A stretch of DNA of 39,530 bases from an uncultured Dehalococcoidaceae bacterium (GCA_964442335.1 CAYTZI010000001.1:1-39530); one strand, 5' to 3'. Counted from the stretch's first letter, positions 24,496-33,560 are shown. Translations and numbers: made by a program. Notes: generated by a model not told the origin, from the letters alone.

Positions 24496-25764
24496 TTACT
24501 GGCTAAACCAGTCGAAGTCCTCGTACTTGACTACCGGCGCATCAATCCAGTCGGTAAGCGGCACGATATCGCCGTTCTGGACCTGAAAGACACGCACCGA
24601 TTTGGACAGGCGGTTATCGCCCGGGGTATAGCTTACCGGGCCGTGCAGACCGCCGACATCGAAGTTACTCAGCTTCTGGATACCCTGTTCCTCGATGGCT
24701 TTCCAGGAGTCGGCATCGCCTTTAGCCAGGACATCATAGCCGGCGTTCGTCACGGCGAGTCTCAGGATTTCCGCGACGATGAGGCTCTGCGCCCAGCAGG
24801 TGATGTAGTCCATGTTCTTCTTCTCGTAGTCATCGGGGTGGTTCTTCTGGATGTACTCCGTCATCTTGGCCATGGCGGGAACATCATCGCCCCAGTTGAC
24901 GGTCGGGAAGACGCCGTAGACGCCCTCGGCAATATCCGCCCCGGCGATATCGATAAAGGCGCTGGTGAAGCCGGCATGGCCCGAGCCGATGGTTATACCG
25001 GGATACATGCCGAGCTCGTAGGCGTTCTTAACGATGATAGCCGTCGGCGCCGGAGTGCTGGAAATATAAAGGATATCCGGATTCAGGGCCTTGATGCGTG
25101 TCAGCGATTCAATCTCGGAGGTTGTCGTGCTGGTATGCTCTTCAGTGGCTATAATTTCGATTCCCATGCCGGCGGCATAAGCCCTGGCCGCGTCCCTGGC
25201 GCCGTACCCGGTGGAGTTATTTAGCAGGTGCATGGCCATCTTGGGTTTACCCGGCCCCTTCCAGATATTCTCCATATAGTATTTGGCAAACACAAGGAAG
25301 TCATCCCCGTAATCCGGCATCTGGCCGTAAATATGCTGCGGCGGCCGATAGATAATCGGCGAAGAGAACGCCGCCATCCCGGGGAATCCGGCGCGGTTGG
25401 CAATTTCCATAGAGGCAGTCATCATGGCCGAGGATGAGGTCGTAAACATGAGGCATCTCTCGTCCATGAAGTTCTTGACGATGGTAACGACCTTGGCCGC
25501 GTCATAGCCGTTATCGCGCCAGACGACCTCAATCTGGTAACCTTCCACGCCGCCGAGCTCTTCATTGATGTACTCAAAGCAATCGAGGTTGCCGTGCCCC
25601 ATGGGGGCGCCTTTTTCGGCAGCTTTACCCGTGGTGGGCGTGGTAATGCCCACTTTAAGGGTCTTGCCCTCCTTGCTCTCACCACAGGCGCTGACCAGCG
25701 GCAGAATGGCAATTATCAGCGCCAGACTGATGATGAGCGTGATGATAATTCTCCTGTTTTTCAT
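24496..25764 (-). CDS. ABC transporter periplasmic/extracytoplasmic substrate-binding lipoprotein, LivK/Leu-Ile-Val-binding family
   Basis: Signal peptide plus lipobox (LPLVSAC), ...TLKVGITTPTTGKAAEKGAPMGHG...type I PBP fold pattern. Strong RBS (GAGGAGG). Confidence 0.85.
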   Translation of the reverse strand: MKNRRIIITLIISLALIIAILPLVSACGESKEGKTLKVGITTPTTGKAAEKGAPMGHGNLDCFEYINEELGGVEGYQIEVVWRDNGYDAAKVVTIVKNFMDERCLMFTTSSSAMMTASMEIANRAGFPGMAAFSSPIIYRPPQHIYGQMPDYGDDFLVFAKYYMENIWKGPGKPKMAMHLLNNSTGYGARDAARAYAAGMGIEIIATEEHTSTTTSEIESLTRIKALNPDILYISSTPAPTAIIVKNAYELGMYPGITIGSGHAGFTSAFIDIAGADIAEGVYGVFPTVNWGDDVPAMAKMTEYIQKNHPDDYEKKNMDYITCWAQSLIVAEILRLAVTNAGYDVLAKGDADSWKAIEEQGIQKLSNFDVGGLHGPVSYTPGDNRLSKSVRVFQVQNGDIVPLTDWIDAPVVKYEDFDWFSQ

Positions 25765-25835
25765 TTTACCTCCTCTTGTTTGTACGCTGTCTTGACTACC
25801 AGCGGTGGACTACATAGGCTATCCCCCCTTCATCG

Positions 25836-26888
25836 TTAATATGAAAACGGCCATAAACGGTAGGCTGACTTAAAGAGCGCCCAGCGGTGGGCCAGACCGC
25901 GCGGCTCCAGAATCAAGAAAAGCACGATGACCAGCCCGAACAGCATGGGAGTGACCCCGGTGGCGAACCCCGACGGGAACATGGTGAACGTGCTCTCCAG
26001 AAAAGGCACCAGGTTCATGGTCAGGACCTGCTGTAGAATCCTGATGAACACCACTCCGAAGATAGGCCCGATGCTGGTGCCCAGCCCACCGATAATTATC
26101 ATACCCACGTAGAGTATCGACTCCGTGAAGCTGAACTGCTCGGTGTTCATAAAGCCGATCCAGTGGGCGAGCAGCGAGCCGGCGATGCCGGCGAAGAAGC
26201 AGCCGATGAAAAACGCTATCAGCTTGTAATACAGCAGGTTGACACCCATGACCTCGGCGGCGAGGTCGTTGTCCCGTATGGCGATGAAGGCCCGGCCGAC
26301 CTTCGTCCGGGCAAGGTTCTTGGCGAGGAAGACGCAGATGGCGGCGATGGTGATAATGAGGAAAAACTGGCTCTTTTCGCTGCTGAAAACGATGCCGCCT
26401 ATCGAGGCCAAAGGCACCTTGATGCCCAGGAACCCCCCGGTAATCCCCCAGTGGTTGATGACCCAGATGATGATGAACTGGGCGGCGATGGTGGTGATGG
26501 CCAGGTAAAAACCCTTTACCCTTACCGAGGGCAGGCCGAAGATGATCCCTACAACCCCGGAGACGACACCGGCGGCGAGGAAGCCCACGATAAAAGGCAT
26601 CTCCAGGCGGTTGGTCAGGATAGCGGAAGTATAGGCCCCCACGGCGATAAAACCGGCGTGCCCGATGGAAAGCTGCCCGCAGTAGCCTACCAGGATATTG
26701 AGCCCGATGGCGGCGATAAGGGTGATGCCGATTAAGTTGAAGACGCTCAGCCAGTAGTTGCTGAAGTACAGCGGGGTGGTGAAAAGGAGGACAAGGAAGC
26801 CGATAAGCAGCGCCCAGTGCGTCCGGGTGCGGACGATAGCCATGTCCTCGGCGTAGTTATAATTACGGACCCCGCACGGGAGCGTCAT
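25836..26888 (-). CDS. ABC transporter permease, LivM type
   Basis: Polytopic, ...LIAAIGLNILVGYCGQLSIGHAGFIAVGAYTSAIL... is the LivM signature. Confidence 0.9.
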   Translation of the reverse strand: MTLPCGVRNYNYAEDMAIVRTRTHWALLIGFLVLLFTTPLYFSNYWLSVFNLIGITLIAAIGLNILVGYCGQLSIGHAGFIAVGAYTSAILTNRLEMPFIVGFLAAGVVSGVVGIIFGLPSVRVKGFYLAITTIAAQFIIIWVINHWGITGGFLGIKVPLASIGGIVFSSEKSQFFLIITIAAICVFLAKNLARTKVGRAFIAIRDNDLAAEVMGVNLLYYKLIAFFIGCFFAGIAGSLLAHWIGFMNTEQFSFTESILYVGMIIIGGLGTSIGPIFGVVFIRILQQVLTMNLVPFLESTFTMFPSGFATGVTPMLFGLVIVLFLILEPRGLAHRWALFKSAYRLWPFSY

Positions 26889-26893
26889 GCCGA

Positions 26894-27778
26894 CTATATC
26901 CTTTCGATTCTTTTTTCGCCGAACAGTCCGAACGGCTTGATGACCATAACGATAATTATGATTACAAAGGGGATGATATCCTTAACGCCGGACCAGAGAT
27001 ACTGCGTCAGATAGCCGCCGCCGAGGTTTTCGGCCAGGCCGATAATCGGGCCAGCAACGATGCAGCCGATAAACGAGTCCAGTCCGCCCAGTATGACTAC
27101 CGAGAAAGATTTCAGTCCGGTCTCGATAAGACCCTGGGTGATACCGCCGATACTGGAGATAAGGATGCCCCCGATAGCCGCCACCGTGCAGGCGAACATC
27201 CACGATGTGGAAAAGACCCGGGTCACCGGGATGCCGCAGGCCTGCACCGCCATCTGGTCATCGGCGGTGGCGCGCATGGCAATGCCCATCCGGTGATAGC
27301 GGAAGAACAGCGTCAATAAAATAAAGACCACCAGACAGATACCGATCACCCAGAGATATTCCTGGGAAATAATGGCCGGGCCGATGTGGATTACCTCCTT
27401 GGGGAAGAGGCGTGGCAGCGCGCCGACACTCAGCGGCCAGATAAACGTAACAATACCTTCGATGAAATAGCCTATCCCCAGCGTTACCGTGATAAGAGAG
27501 AGGATGGGCTGGGCGATGAGGGGGCGTAGAGCGAACCGCTCGATGACCCATCCGAGAAACAGGGCGAAGATAATCACCAGAGGGAAGGCTATATAGAGGG
27601 GGAGCTCGGCCTGGACGAGCATAGAGTAGGTGAACCACGAGGATATCAGCACTATTTGACCCAGCGCCAGGTTGGCGACGCTGCTCGACTTCCAGATGAG
27701 GGCGAAGCCCAGAGCAATCAGGGCATAGACCATGCCCACGGAGATGCCGGTGATAACGAATTGTAACAGTTCAGCCAT
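26894..27778 (-). CDS. ABC transporter permease, LivH type
   Basis: MAELLQFVITGISVGMVYALIALGFALIWKSSSVANLALGQ... is the typical LivH N-terminus. Confidence 0.9.
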   Translation of the reverse strand: MAELLQFVITGISVGMVYALIALGFALIWKSSSVANLALGQIVLISSWFTYSMLVQAELPLYIAFPLVIIFALFLGWVIERFALRPLIAQPILSLITVTLGIGYFIEGIVTFIWPLSVGALPRLFPKEVIHIGPAIISQEYLWVIGICLVVFILLTLFFRYHRMGIAMRATADDQMAVQACGIPVTRVFSTSWMFACTVAAIGGILISSIGGITQGLIETGLKSFSVVILGGLDSFIGCIVAGPIIGLAENLGGGYLTQYLWSGVKDIIPFVIIIIVMVIKPFGLFGEKRIERI

Positions 27779-27858
27779 CTTAATAAATCCTGAATCCTAA
27801 ACAATTTTAAACAATTTCAAATTACGAAATACTCAACTCTTGCTTTCCTGTCCTCCTG

Positions 27859-29781
27859 TTAATCTGTTTCGGTCCTCAAGCCACGGACCTGTATCGCCGT
27901 GGTCACCATGCCTTTGCGTCCGTCCCGGTAGGTAACCGGAGCCTGGACGTCCACCTTATCCCTGTCCCCATAAAGAGCATCGATGAGGTCTTTGTACCGC
28001 TGCTCCATGAACTCCCTTCTCAGCTTCCTGGTGCGGGTAAGCTCGGCCTCATCGGGGTCGAACTCTTTATGTAAAAGAACGAACTTGCGCACGCGGGAAG
28101 GCTCCGGAAGGTAGCCGTTAACGCGCTCGAGGTCCTGCCGGATGAGGTCGGCCACCTCTCTTTTCTGGGAAAGGTCGACGAACGTGGTGTAAGGAATCCG
28201 GTGGCGCTCCGCCCACTTACCGACCATGGCAAAATCTATGTTAATGATGGCGGCGACGTACTCCCTGTCCTTGCCGCCGATGACCATGGCGTCCTTGATA
28301 TAGGGACTGAAGCGCAGCCGCCCCTCGATGTACTGCGGGGCGTACCTGGCGCCGGACTTCAGCTCGCCCATGTGCTCCAGGCGGTCCATGAATATCAGAT
28401 GCCCCTGCTCGTCGATGTTCACAGCGTCACCGGTATGGCACCAGCCGTCTATCAGGGTGATGGCGGTCTTCTCGGGGTTTTTATGGTAGCCGGTGAACAT
28501 ACAGTCCGAGCTGACGAGGAGCTCGCCCTCTCTGGTTATCCTCAGCGAGGTGCCCAGAGCGGGACGGCCCACGCTCTCGAACTTTATCTCGCCGGCGCCG
28601 TGGGAAGAGATAAGGCCGGCCTCGGTGCTGGCGTAGCACTGCCGCAGCTCCACGCCGATGGCGTGGATAAGCCTGAAAGTATCCAGGCTCAGCACGGAGC
28701 TGCCCGTCACCGCGAAGCGCACTTTGCTCAGTCCCAGCCGGTCCTTGAGCGGCCGGAACAGCGCAAGGTAGGCGATGCCGTGCAGGATGCGCCAGAAAAG
28801 GTTCGGGGTCTTGCCCTCGAACTTGAGGTCGGCGATCTTATGTCCCACCGGCAGGAACAGGTTATAGGTAAAGCGCTTCAGCGGGTTGGCGTCCAGCATC
28901 TTTACCTGTATTTCACTCACCAGCCCCTCCCACTGCCTCGGCCCGTAGATAACGAAGTTGGGACCTATCTCCCGGGTGTCCTCGGCGATGGTCTCCGGCT
29001 CTTCAGGGAAGTTGAGCCTGGCGCCGGTGAGGAGGTGGGGAATGGTGGCGAAAAAGCTGTCCCCCACCCAGGCCGCCGGGAAGTTGGAAATCAGGTCGTC
29101 GTTCTCGTCAAGCGGATAGCGGTCGACGAAGCCGCGGGCGGTGGTGATGAGGGCGCGGTGGGTCAGGGTAGCGCCCTTGGGCAGGCCGGTAGTGCCGGAG
29201 GTATAATAGATAAACGCGATATCATCTCCTCTGCCCTCCTCAACGTTTTTCTCGAAAAGCCCCGGGGCCGTTTTTTCATATTCGCGCCCCAGCTCAAACA
29301 CCTCGTCGAAGCTGATGAGGAGGGGGTCATCATAGTTGCGCAGCCCCTTGGGGTCCCAGTAGATTACCTTTTTCAGCAGGGGCAGGTCGGCCTTGATTTC
29401 CAGGAACTTGTCCGTCTGCTCCTGGTCGTTAACGATGGCGAAACTGGCGTCTGAATGCGTGGCGATATACTGAACCTCGGAGGGAATGGAGTCCACGAAG
29501 ACGCCGGTGGCGATGCCCCCCGCCGCCTGGACGGCGAACTCTCCCCAGAACCACTGCGGCTCGTTGTCCCCGATAATGCAGACGACGTCGCCGCGCTGAA
29601 GGCCCAGGCTTATCATGCCGAGAGAAAAGTGCTTGACATGCTCGCAATATTCATCCCAGCTATAGCGGCGCCAGATGCCGAACATCTTCATCGACATCGC
29701 CGTTTGCCGCCCCCACTTATTGCGGTTGCTGAGGATGACCTGGGGAATGGTCTCTATTTTTTTTGCGATGCTTACGGCCAA
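27859..29781 (-). CDS. Long-chain acyl-CoA synthetase-like AMP-forming ligase (COG1022/FAA1 type)
   Basis: AMP-binding motif YYTSGTTGLPKGATLTH, ...GYHKNPEKTA...GWCHTGD...RTRKLRR. First gene of the minus-strand operon. The track start is a TTG (AGGGG 8 nt upstream), so the start is uncertain. Confidence 0.85.
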   Translation of the reverse strand: MAVSIAKKIETIPQVILSNRNKWGRQTAMSMKMFGIWRRYSWDEYCEHVKHFSLGMISLGLQRGDVVCIIGDNEPQWFWGEFAVQAAGGIATGVFVDSIPSEVQYIATHSDASFAIVNDQEQTDKFLEIKADLPLLKKVIYWDPKGLRNYDDPLLISFDEVFELGREYEKTAPGLFEKNVEEGRGDDIAFIYYTSGTTGLPKGATLTHRALITTARGFVDRYPLDENDDLISNFPAAWVGDSFFATIPHLLTGARLNFPEEPETIAEDTREIGPNFVIYGPRQWEGLVSEIQVKMLDANPLKRFTYNLFLPVGHKIADLKFEGKTPNLFWRILHGIAYLALFRPLKDRLGLSKVRFAVTGSSVLSLDTFRLIHAIGVELRQCYASTEAGLISSHGAGEIKFESVGRPALGTSLRITREGELLVSSDCMFTGYHKNPEKTAITLIDGWCHTGDAVNIDEQGHLIFMDRLEHMGELKSGARYAPQYIEGRLRFSPYIKDAMVIGGKDREYVAAIINIDFAMVGKWAERHRIPYTTFVDLSQKREVADLIRQDLERVNGYLPEPSRVRKFVLLHKEFDPDEAELTRTRKLRREFMEQRYKDLIDALYGDRDKVDVQAPVTYRDGRKGMVTTAIQVRGLRTETD

Positions 29782-30030
29782 ATATTTACCCCTAAAAATT
29801 AACTACCCCCCGTAACGGGAGGTAATTTTACTAAAACATTAATTATAAATAAGAACTCTATTGACTAACTACCGATGCTATTACCTCCCACGCGCACTCC
29901 GGTGCGCCCGGTAAAGACGAACTTCGATTTCTCCAGTTCGGCCTTGATGATTGACACGTGTTTCATAGCAACGTTCACCAGCTTAACACAGTATATATCT
30001 TCTGTCAACAAAGGTGAAGCTGAGGCGTGC

Positions 30031-30432
30031 TCAGGAAGTGACCACCGTGGTGCCGGTAGCTTTAGCGATGAGCTTGCCGGACTGGTTAGTGACGGTCATC
30101 TCGGAGACGCCGATACGGCGTCCGCTTTTGATAACGCGGCACTCGGCAATTAGCTCGTCGCCGGGAGCGGCGCCGGAGATAAGGTGTATATTGAACTGTG
30201 TGGCGATGCTGGGGGTCACCAGCGAGTTGGTGGCGTAGGCGAAAGCCTGGTCGGCCACGGCCATGACGATGCCCCCGAAGACCATGCCGTTGAAGTTAAG
30301 GTGGTCGGGCATGAGCTTCATGGACACTTTAGCGTAGCCCGGCGTAAGCTCTACGAGCCGCATGTTCAGGAAAGAAGCCACCGGCTCCGACGCTTCTTTA
30401 GTTTTCAGGTTTTCTATATTATCGTCAGGCAC
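30031..30432 (-). CDS. PaaI-family hotdog-fold thioesterase
   Basis: ...FLNMRLVELTPGYAKVSMKLMPDHLNFNGMVFGGIVMAVADQAFAYA...GRRIGVSEMTVTNQSGKLIAKATGT. Confidence 0.85.
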   Translation of the reverse strand: MPDDNIENLKTKEASEPVASFLNMRLVELTPGYAKVSMKLMPDHLNFNGMVFGGIVMAVADQAFAYATNSLVTPSIATQFNIHLISGAAPGDELIAECRVIKSGRRIGVSEMTVTNQSGKLIAKATGTTVVTS

Positions 30433-30483
30433 GGTTAATGTCCTTTCCGGCGGTGATTCCGGTACATTATAACATGTGAAGCA

Positions 30484-30563
30484 GACAGTTAACAGTGAAC
30501 AGTTGACAGTTAAAAGCCGGGGGGAGGCACTGTAAACTTTATACTGTAGACTGTAAACTATAT
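30484..30563. repeat. Two heptad arrays of opposite polarity in a divergent promoter region
   Basis: GACAGTT AACAGTG AACAGTT GACAGTT (30484-30511), then aaaagccggggggaggc, then CACTGTA AACTTTA TACTGTA GACTGTA AACTATA (30529-30563). The cores ACAGT and ACTGT are reverse complements. Confidence 0.85.
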
Positions 30564-30634
30564 ATGCTCCCCTATTGACAAACGGGGCTAATATATCTCC
30601 ATAATAAGCGGTACCACGACGCAGGAGGTTGGAG

Positions 30635-30937
30635 ATGTCCGTCTATCTTATGCTGACAACCCTTACCGACGCCGGGAGGAAAGCCCTCCAGGAAGACCCG
30701 GAGTTACTCAAGGAAATCAATAAAGAGGTGGAGTTCATGGGGGTGAAAATCCTCACCCAGTACGCGCTCCTGGGGCAGTACGATTTCGTCAATATACTCG
30801 AAGCCCCCAGCAACGAAGCCATCGCCAAGCTGGCAATACGCCTCAGCGCCAAAGGCACCACCCAGACACTAACGCTTACCGCCATACCCATCGACGACCT
30901 CATTACGACTCTTAAAGAGAGGGAAAGCCCCTGGTAG
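30635..30937 (+). CDS. GYD domain-containing protein
   Basis: MSVYLMLTTLTDAGRKAL...VKILTQYALLGQYDFVNILEAPSNEA... (GxYD motif). ATG 30635 with AGGAGG (30623-30628) is preferred over the track TTG at 30629. Confidence 0.8.
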   Translation: MSVYLMLTTLTDAGRKALQEDPELLKEINKEVEFMGVKILTQYALLGQYDFVNILEAPSNEAIAKLAIRLSAKGTTQTLTLTAIPIDDLITTLKERESPW

Positions 30938-30938
30938 T

Positions 30939-31610
30939 ATGGAAACGGATAAAATCAAGGTACTGATTGCCGACGACCATGCCGTGGTGCGTGAAGGCAC
31001 GCGCCAGATTCTCGAGCAGGAGCCCGATATAGACGTGGTGGCGGAGGCCGCCGATGGCGAAGAGGCGGTAAAACTGGCCGGCAGCACCCGGCCGGACGTC
31101 GCCATCATCGATATCGCCATGCCGAAGGTTGACGGCATCGAAGCCACTCGCCAGATAAAATCGCTCTACCCCTCGATAGCCGTGCTGATACTATCCGCCT
31201 ATGACGATGACCAGTTCGTCGTCAGCCTCCTGGAAGCGGGCGCCGCGGGTTACCTGCTTAAAAGCATACGCGGCCGCGAGCTCGTCGAGGCCGTCCGGCA
31301 GGTCCATGCGGGGGAATCGGTACTGCACCCGGCTATCGCCCGCAAGGTGCTCAACCGCTTCGTCCCCAGCCCGGAAAAGCCGGGCAAACAGAAGCCCGCC
31401 GAAGTGCTGAGCGAGCGGGAAATAGAGGTGCTGCGGCTGGCGACCCGCGGTCTGAGCAATCAGGACATCGCCGACGAGCTCTGCCTCAGCCTGCGCACGG
31501 TACAGGCCCACCTGGGACATATCTTCAACAAGCTTCAGGTAAGCTCGCGGACGGAAGCAGTAGTGCACGCGCTGAAGCAGGGCTGGGTGACACTGGAAGA
31601 TATCCCCTGA
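30939..31610 (+). CDS. NarL/FixJ (LuxR-type HTH) family response regulator
   Basis: REC domain (KVLIADDHAVVREG...PDVAIIDIAMPKVDGIEATRQIK...ILSAYDD) plus a LuxR HTH (LSEREIEVLRLATRGLSNQDIADELCLSLRTVQAHLGHIFNKL). No histidine kinase in the window. Confidence 0.9.
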   Translation: METDKIKVLIADDHAVVREGTRQILEQEPDIDVVAEAADGEEAVKLAGSTRPDVAIIDIAMPKVDGIEATRQIKSLYPSIAVLILSAYDDDQFVVSLLEAGAAGYLLKSIRGRELVEAVRQVHAGESVLHPAIARKVLNRFVPSPEKPGKQKPAEVLSEREIEVLRLATRGLSNQDIADELCLSLRTVQAHLGHIFNKLQVSSRTEAVVHALKQGWVTLEDIP

Positions 31611-31763
31611 AAGATATCGGCAGGTCCTGCGCCAGAGCTATCGTTAATGCAACAGCAAGGACGCCGTTACGCCAATATTTCACCACTCTTTTTTACTATG
31701 CTCTAACCTGAGTCTAACCATTCGCCTTTATCATTAAAATGGAGTATTTTATGCGAAGGGGTC

Positions 31764-32636
31764 ATGATGAACTGCATCATTAATTTTACGCCTACAGGCA
31801 TGTTACCGACCAAGCAGATGACGCCCTATGTGCCGATAACCCCCCAGGAGATAATCGAGCAGGTGCTAGCGGCGGCGGACGAAGGCATTACGCTGGTGCA
31901 CCTGCACGCCCGGGACCGGCGCACCGGCGAACCAGCGTACCAGGCAGATATTTACGAAGAGATTATAACCGGCATACGCAAGTATCATCCCGAAATGGTA
32001 ATCTGCGTTTCTACGAGCGGTCGCAATTTTTACGAGTTTGAAAAGCGCGCCGAAGTGCTCGGCCTGAAGGGGGAGTCAAAGCCCGATATGGCCAGCCTGA
32101 CGCTGAGCTCGCTTAACTTTAACAAACAGGCGAGCATCAACGCGCCGGACATGATTATCTCGCTCGCCCAGGAAATGAAAAACAACAACATCCTCCCGGA
32201 GCTGGAGGTGTTCGACGTGGGGATGGTCAACTACGCCAAATACCTGGAGAAAAAGGGACTGCTCGAACCGCCACATTACTTCGGGCTGATAATCGGGAAT
32301 ATCGCCTGCGCCCAGGCGGACCTGCTTCACTGCGGCGTGATGATACGCGACCTGCCGGAAGGCTCCGTCTGGAGCATCGGCGGGGTGGGCGACGCGCAAC
32401 TAATGATGAACTCCCTGGCGATAAGCATCGGGGGAGGGGTAAGGGTGGGGCTTGAAGACAATATCTACTACGATTCGCAGCGCACCCGGCTTGCCACCAA
32501 CCTGGATCTGGTCAAACGCATCCACGTCATCGCCGAAGCTAACGAAAAGGCCATCATGAAGCCGGCGGAATTCAGGGAAATCCTGCGTCTGGAGGGCGGC
32601 TTCGGCAAATACGGGCGCAAAGCCCTTCCGCGATAG
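31764..32636 (+). CDS. 3-keto-5-aminohexanoate cleavage enzyme family protein (BKACE / DUF849)
   Basis: ...IINFTPTGMLPTK...PITPQEIIEQVLAAADEGITLVHLHARD...E.FD.G...GGVRVGLEDNIYY. Confidence 0.8.
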   Translation: MMNCIINFTPTGMLPTKQMTPYVPITPQEIIEQVLAAADEGITLVHLHARDRRTGEPAYQADIYEEIITGIRKYHPEMVICVSTSGRNFYEFEKRAEVLGLKGESKPDMASLTLSSLNFNKQASINAPDMIISLAQEMKNNNILPELEVFDVGMVNYAKYLEKKGLLEPPHYFGLIIGNIACAQADLLHCGVMIRDLPEGSVWSIGGVGDAQLMMNSLAISIGGGVRVGLEDNIYYDSQRTRLATNLDLVKRIHVIAEANEKAIMKPAEFREILRLEGGFGKYGRKALPR

Positions 32637-32641
32637 GAAAA

Positions 32642-32717
32642 TGGAGCGGGAGACGGGACTCGAACCCGCGACGGCCTGCTTGGAGGGCAGGAACTCTACC
32701 AACTGAGTTACTCCCGC
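32642..32717 (-). tRNA. tRNA-Gly (anticodon TCC), CCA encoded
   Basis: Reverse complement GCGGGAGTAACTCAGTTGGTAGAGTTCCTGCCCTCCAAGCAGGCCGTCGCGGGTTCGAGTCCCGTCTCCCGCTCCA. Acceptor GCGGGAG/CTCCCGC, anticodon loop CCTCCAA. Confidence 0.92.
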
Positions 32718-32818
32718 TGGCAGCTTCTACACGTAGATTTTAAACCAATCAAGCCGTAAAAACAAGCTTTTTCTCCGTTGCCCCCTACTTTAGTCCTGTA
32801 CCGTAGTCGCAACACAAA

Positions 32819-33217
32819 ATGCCCACGCCGTATAAGTACCAAAGTAATCTTTGGCCTGGTATTCATCTGTGTTATTATTCAAAGCGTATGAGGACTTTTC
32901 AGAGTAAATACAACCGGGGCGACCTCAAGAACAAGTGGAAGATACAGCAGTGCCAGAGCGAGAAAAAGTTCTTCGACTGCCGTAAGGACTGCAATAACTG
33001 TGAAGGCCGCGAGTACTGTCTGAAAGAAAGGTTCCAGCCTTACTGCGTCAGCGTTGCCTCCAGCATGCTGATTTTCGCGGACAGCTTTGAGAACGCCAAA
33101 GAATACGCCAAGAACGGGCACGGCTGGCTGATAGAGCGGGAGAGCATCGGCGGAATGCCCGTGGAGTTAAAGGTCAAGGACGACAGGGTCACCTTCCGGC
33201 CGGGTAACCATCACTAA
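32819..33217 (+). CDS. Hypothetical Cys-rich protein (132 aa; start uncertain)
   Basis: The only sizeable ORF in an otherwise empty stretch. CQSEKKFFDCRKDCNNCEGREYCLKERFQPYC cluster. I recognise no family and see no clear RBS. Confidence 0.3.
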   Translation: MPTPYKYQSNLWPGIHLCYYSKRMRTFQSKYNRGDLKNKWKIQQCQSEKKFFDCRKDCNNCEGREYCLKERFQPYCVSVASSMLIFADSFENAKEYAKNGHGWLIERESIGGMPVELKVKDDRVTFRPGNHH

Positions 33218-33294
33218 AATAGTCCGCCAGAATGGCCCTTTCCCTGTGTTTAATACACGTTTTTATAGCTGTTTGTGTTTGGATAATTTTTTTG

Positions 33295-33560
33295 CTCACC
33301 CCCTTTATCCCCCTCTCAAACAGCTTCATACCGGGCGCTCGACATATTGTTTGTTTGAGAGGGGGAAAGAATCTAAGAGGGGCAAATAGGGAAAGAAAAT
33401 CCCTCTCTTATCTTCCTTTACGAAAGGGAGACGCCAATGCCCGGAAATACAGGGTGTTTGAGAGTGGGCTCCGCCCCTCTCTTCTTGACTCCCCTCTCCA
33501 GCCATGAATACCTGTGATGGCCTTTCGATGACTCTTGCTGGAGAGGGGATACAGGGGTAA
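33295..33560. repeat. Hairpin-rich MITE-like composite element, copy A (~265 bp)
   Basis: Ends CTCACCCCCT...ACAGGGGTAAG. Module 1 is CCCCCTCTCAAAC (33309-21)/GTTTGAGAGGGGG (33353-65). Module 3 is CCCCTCTCCAG (33491-501)/CTGGAGAGGGG (33538-48). Alignable to the reverse complement of 37716-37893. Confidence 0.85.

Noticed and set aside
29816-29890. A 10 bp perfect inverted repeat, GGGAGGTAAT (29816-29825) and ATTACCTCCC (29881-29890), as a leader RNA structure or anti-Shine-Dalgarno switch for the ligase/ABC operon.
   Set aside because: The best -10 element for that operon (TATAAT on the minus strand, 29842-29847) lies inside the would-be loop. A transcript from it would contain only one arm. 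Without TSS data the structure cannot be placed on an RNA.
17768-30563. The heptad arrays and hairpin clusters as a CRISPR array or a degenerate one.
   Set aside because: The repeat units are 7 nt tandem units or single hairpins with no regular 25-40 nt repeat/spacer alternation. No cas genes are in the window.
30529-30563. The heptads TACTGTA/GACTGTA as bona fide NarL-type (TACYYMT) binding sites for the adjacent response regulator.
   Set aside because: They match the consensus only at the first three or four positions. Comparable heptad arrays occur at 17768 and 22097 in non-promoter contexts. I keep this only as a low-weight hypothesis inside the corresponding finding.
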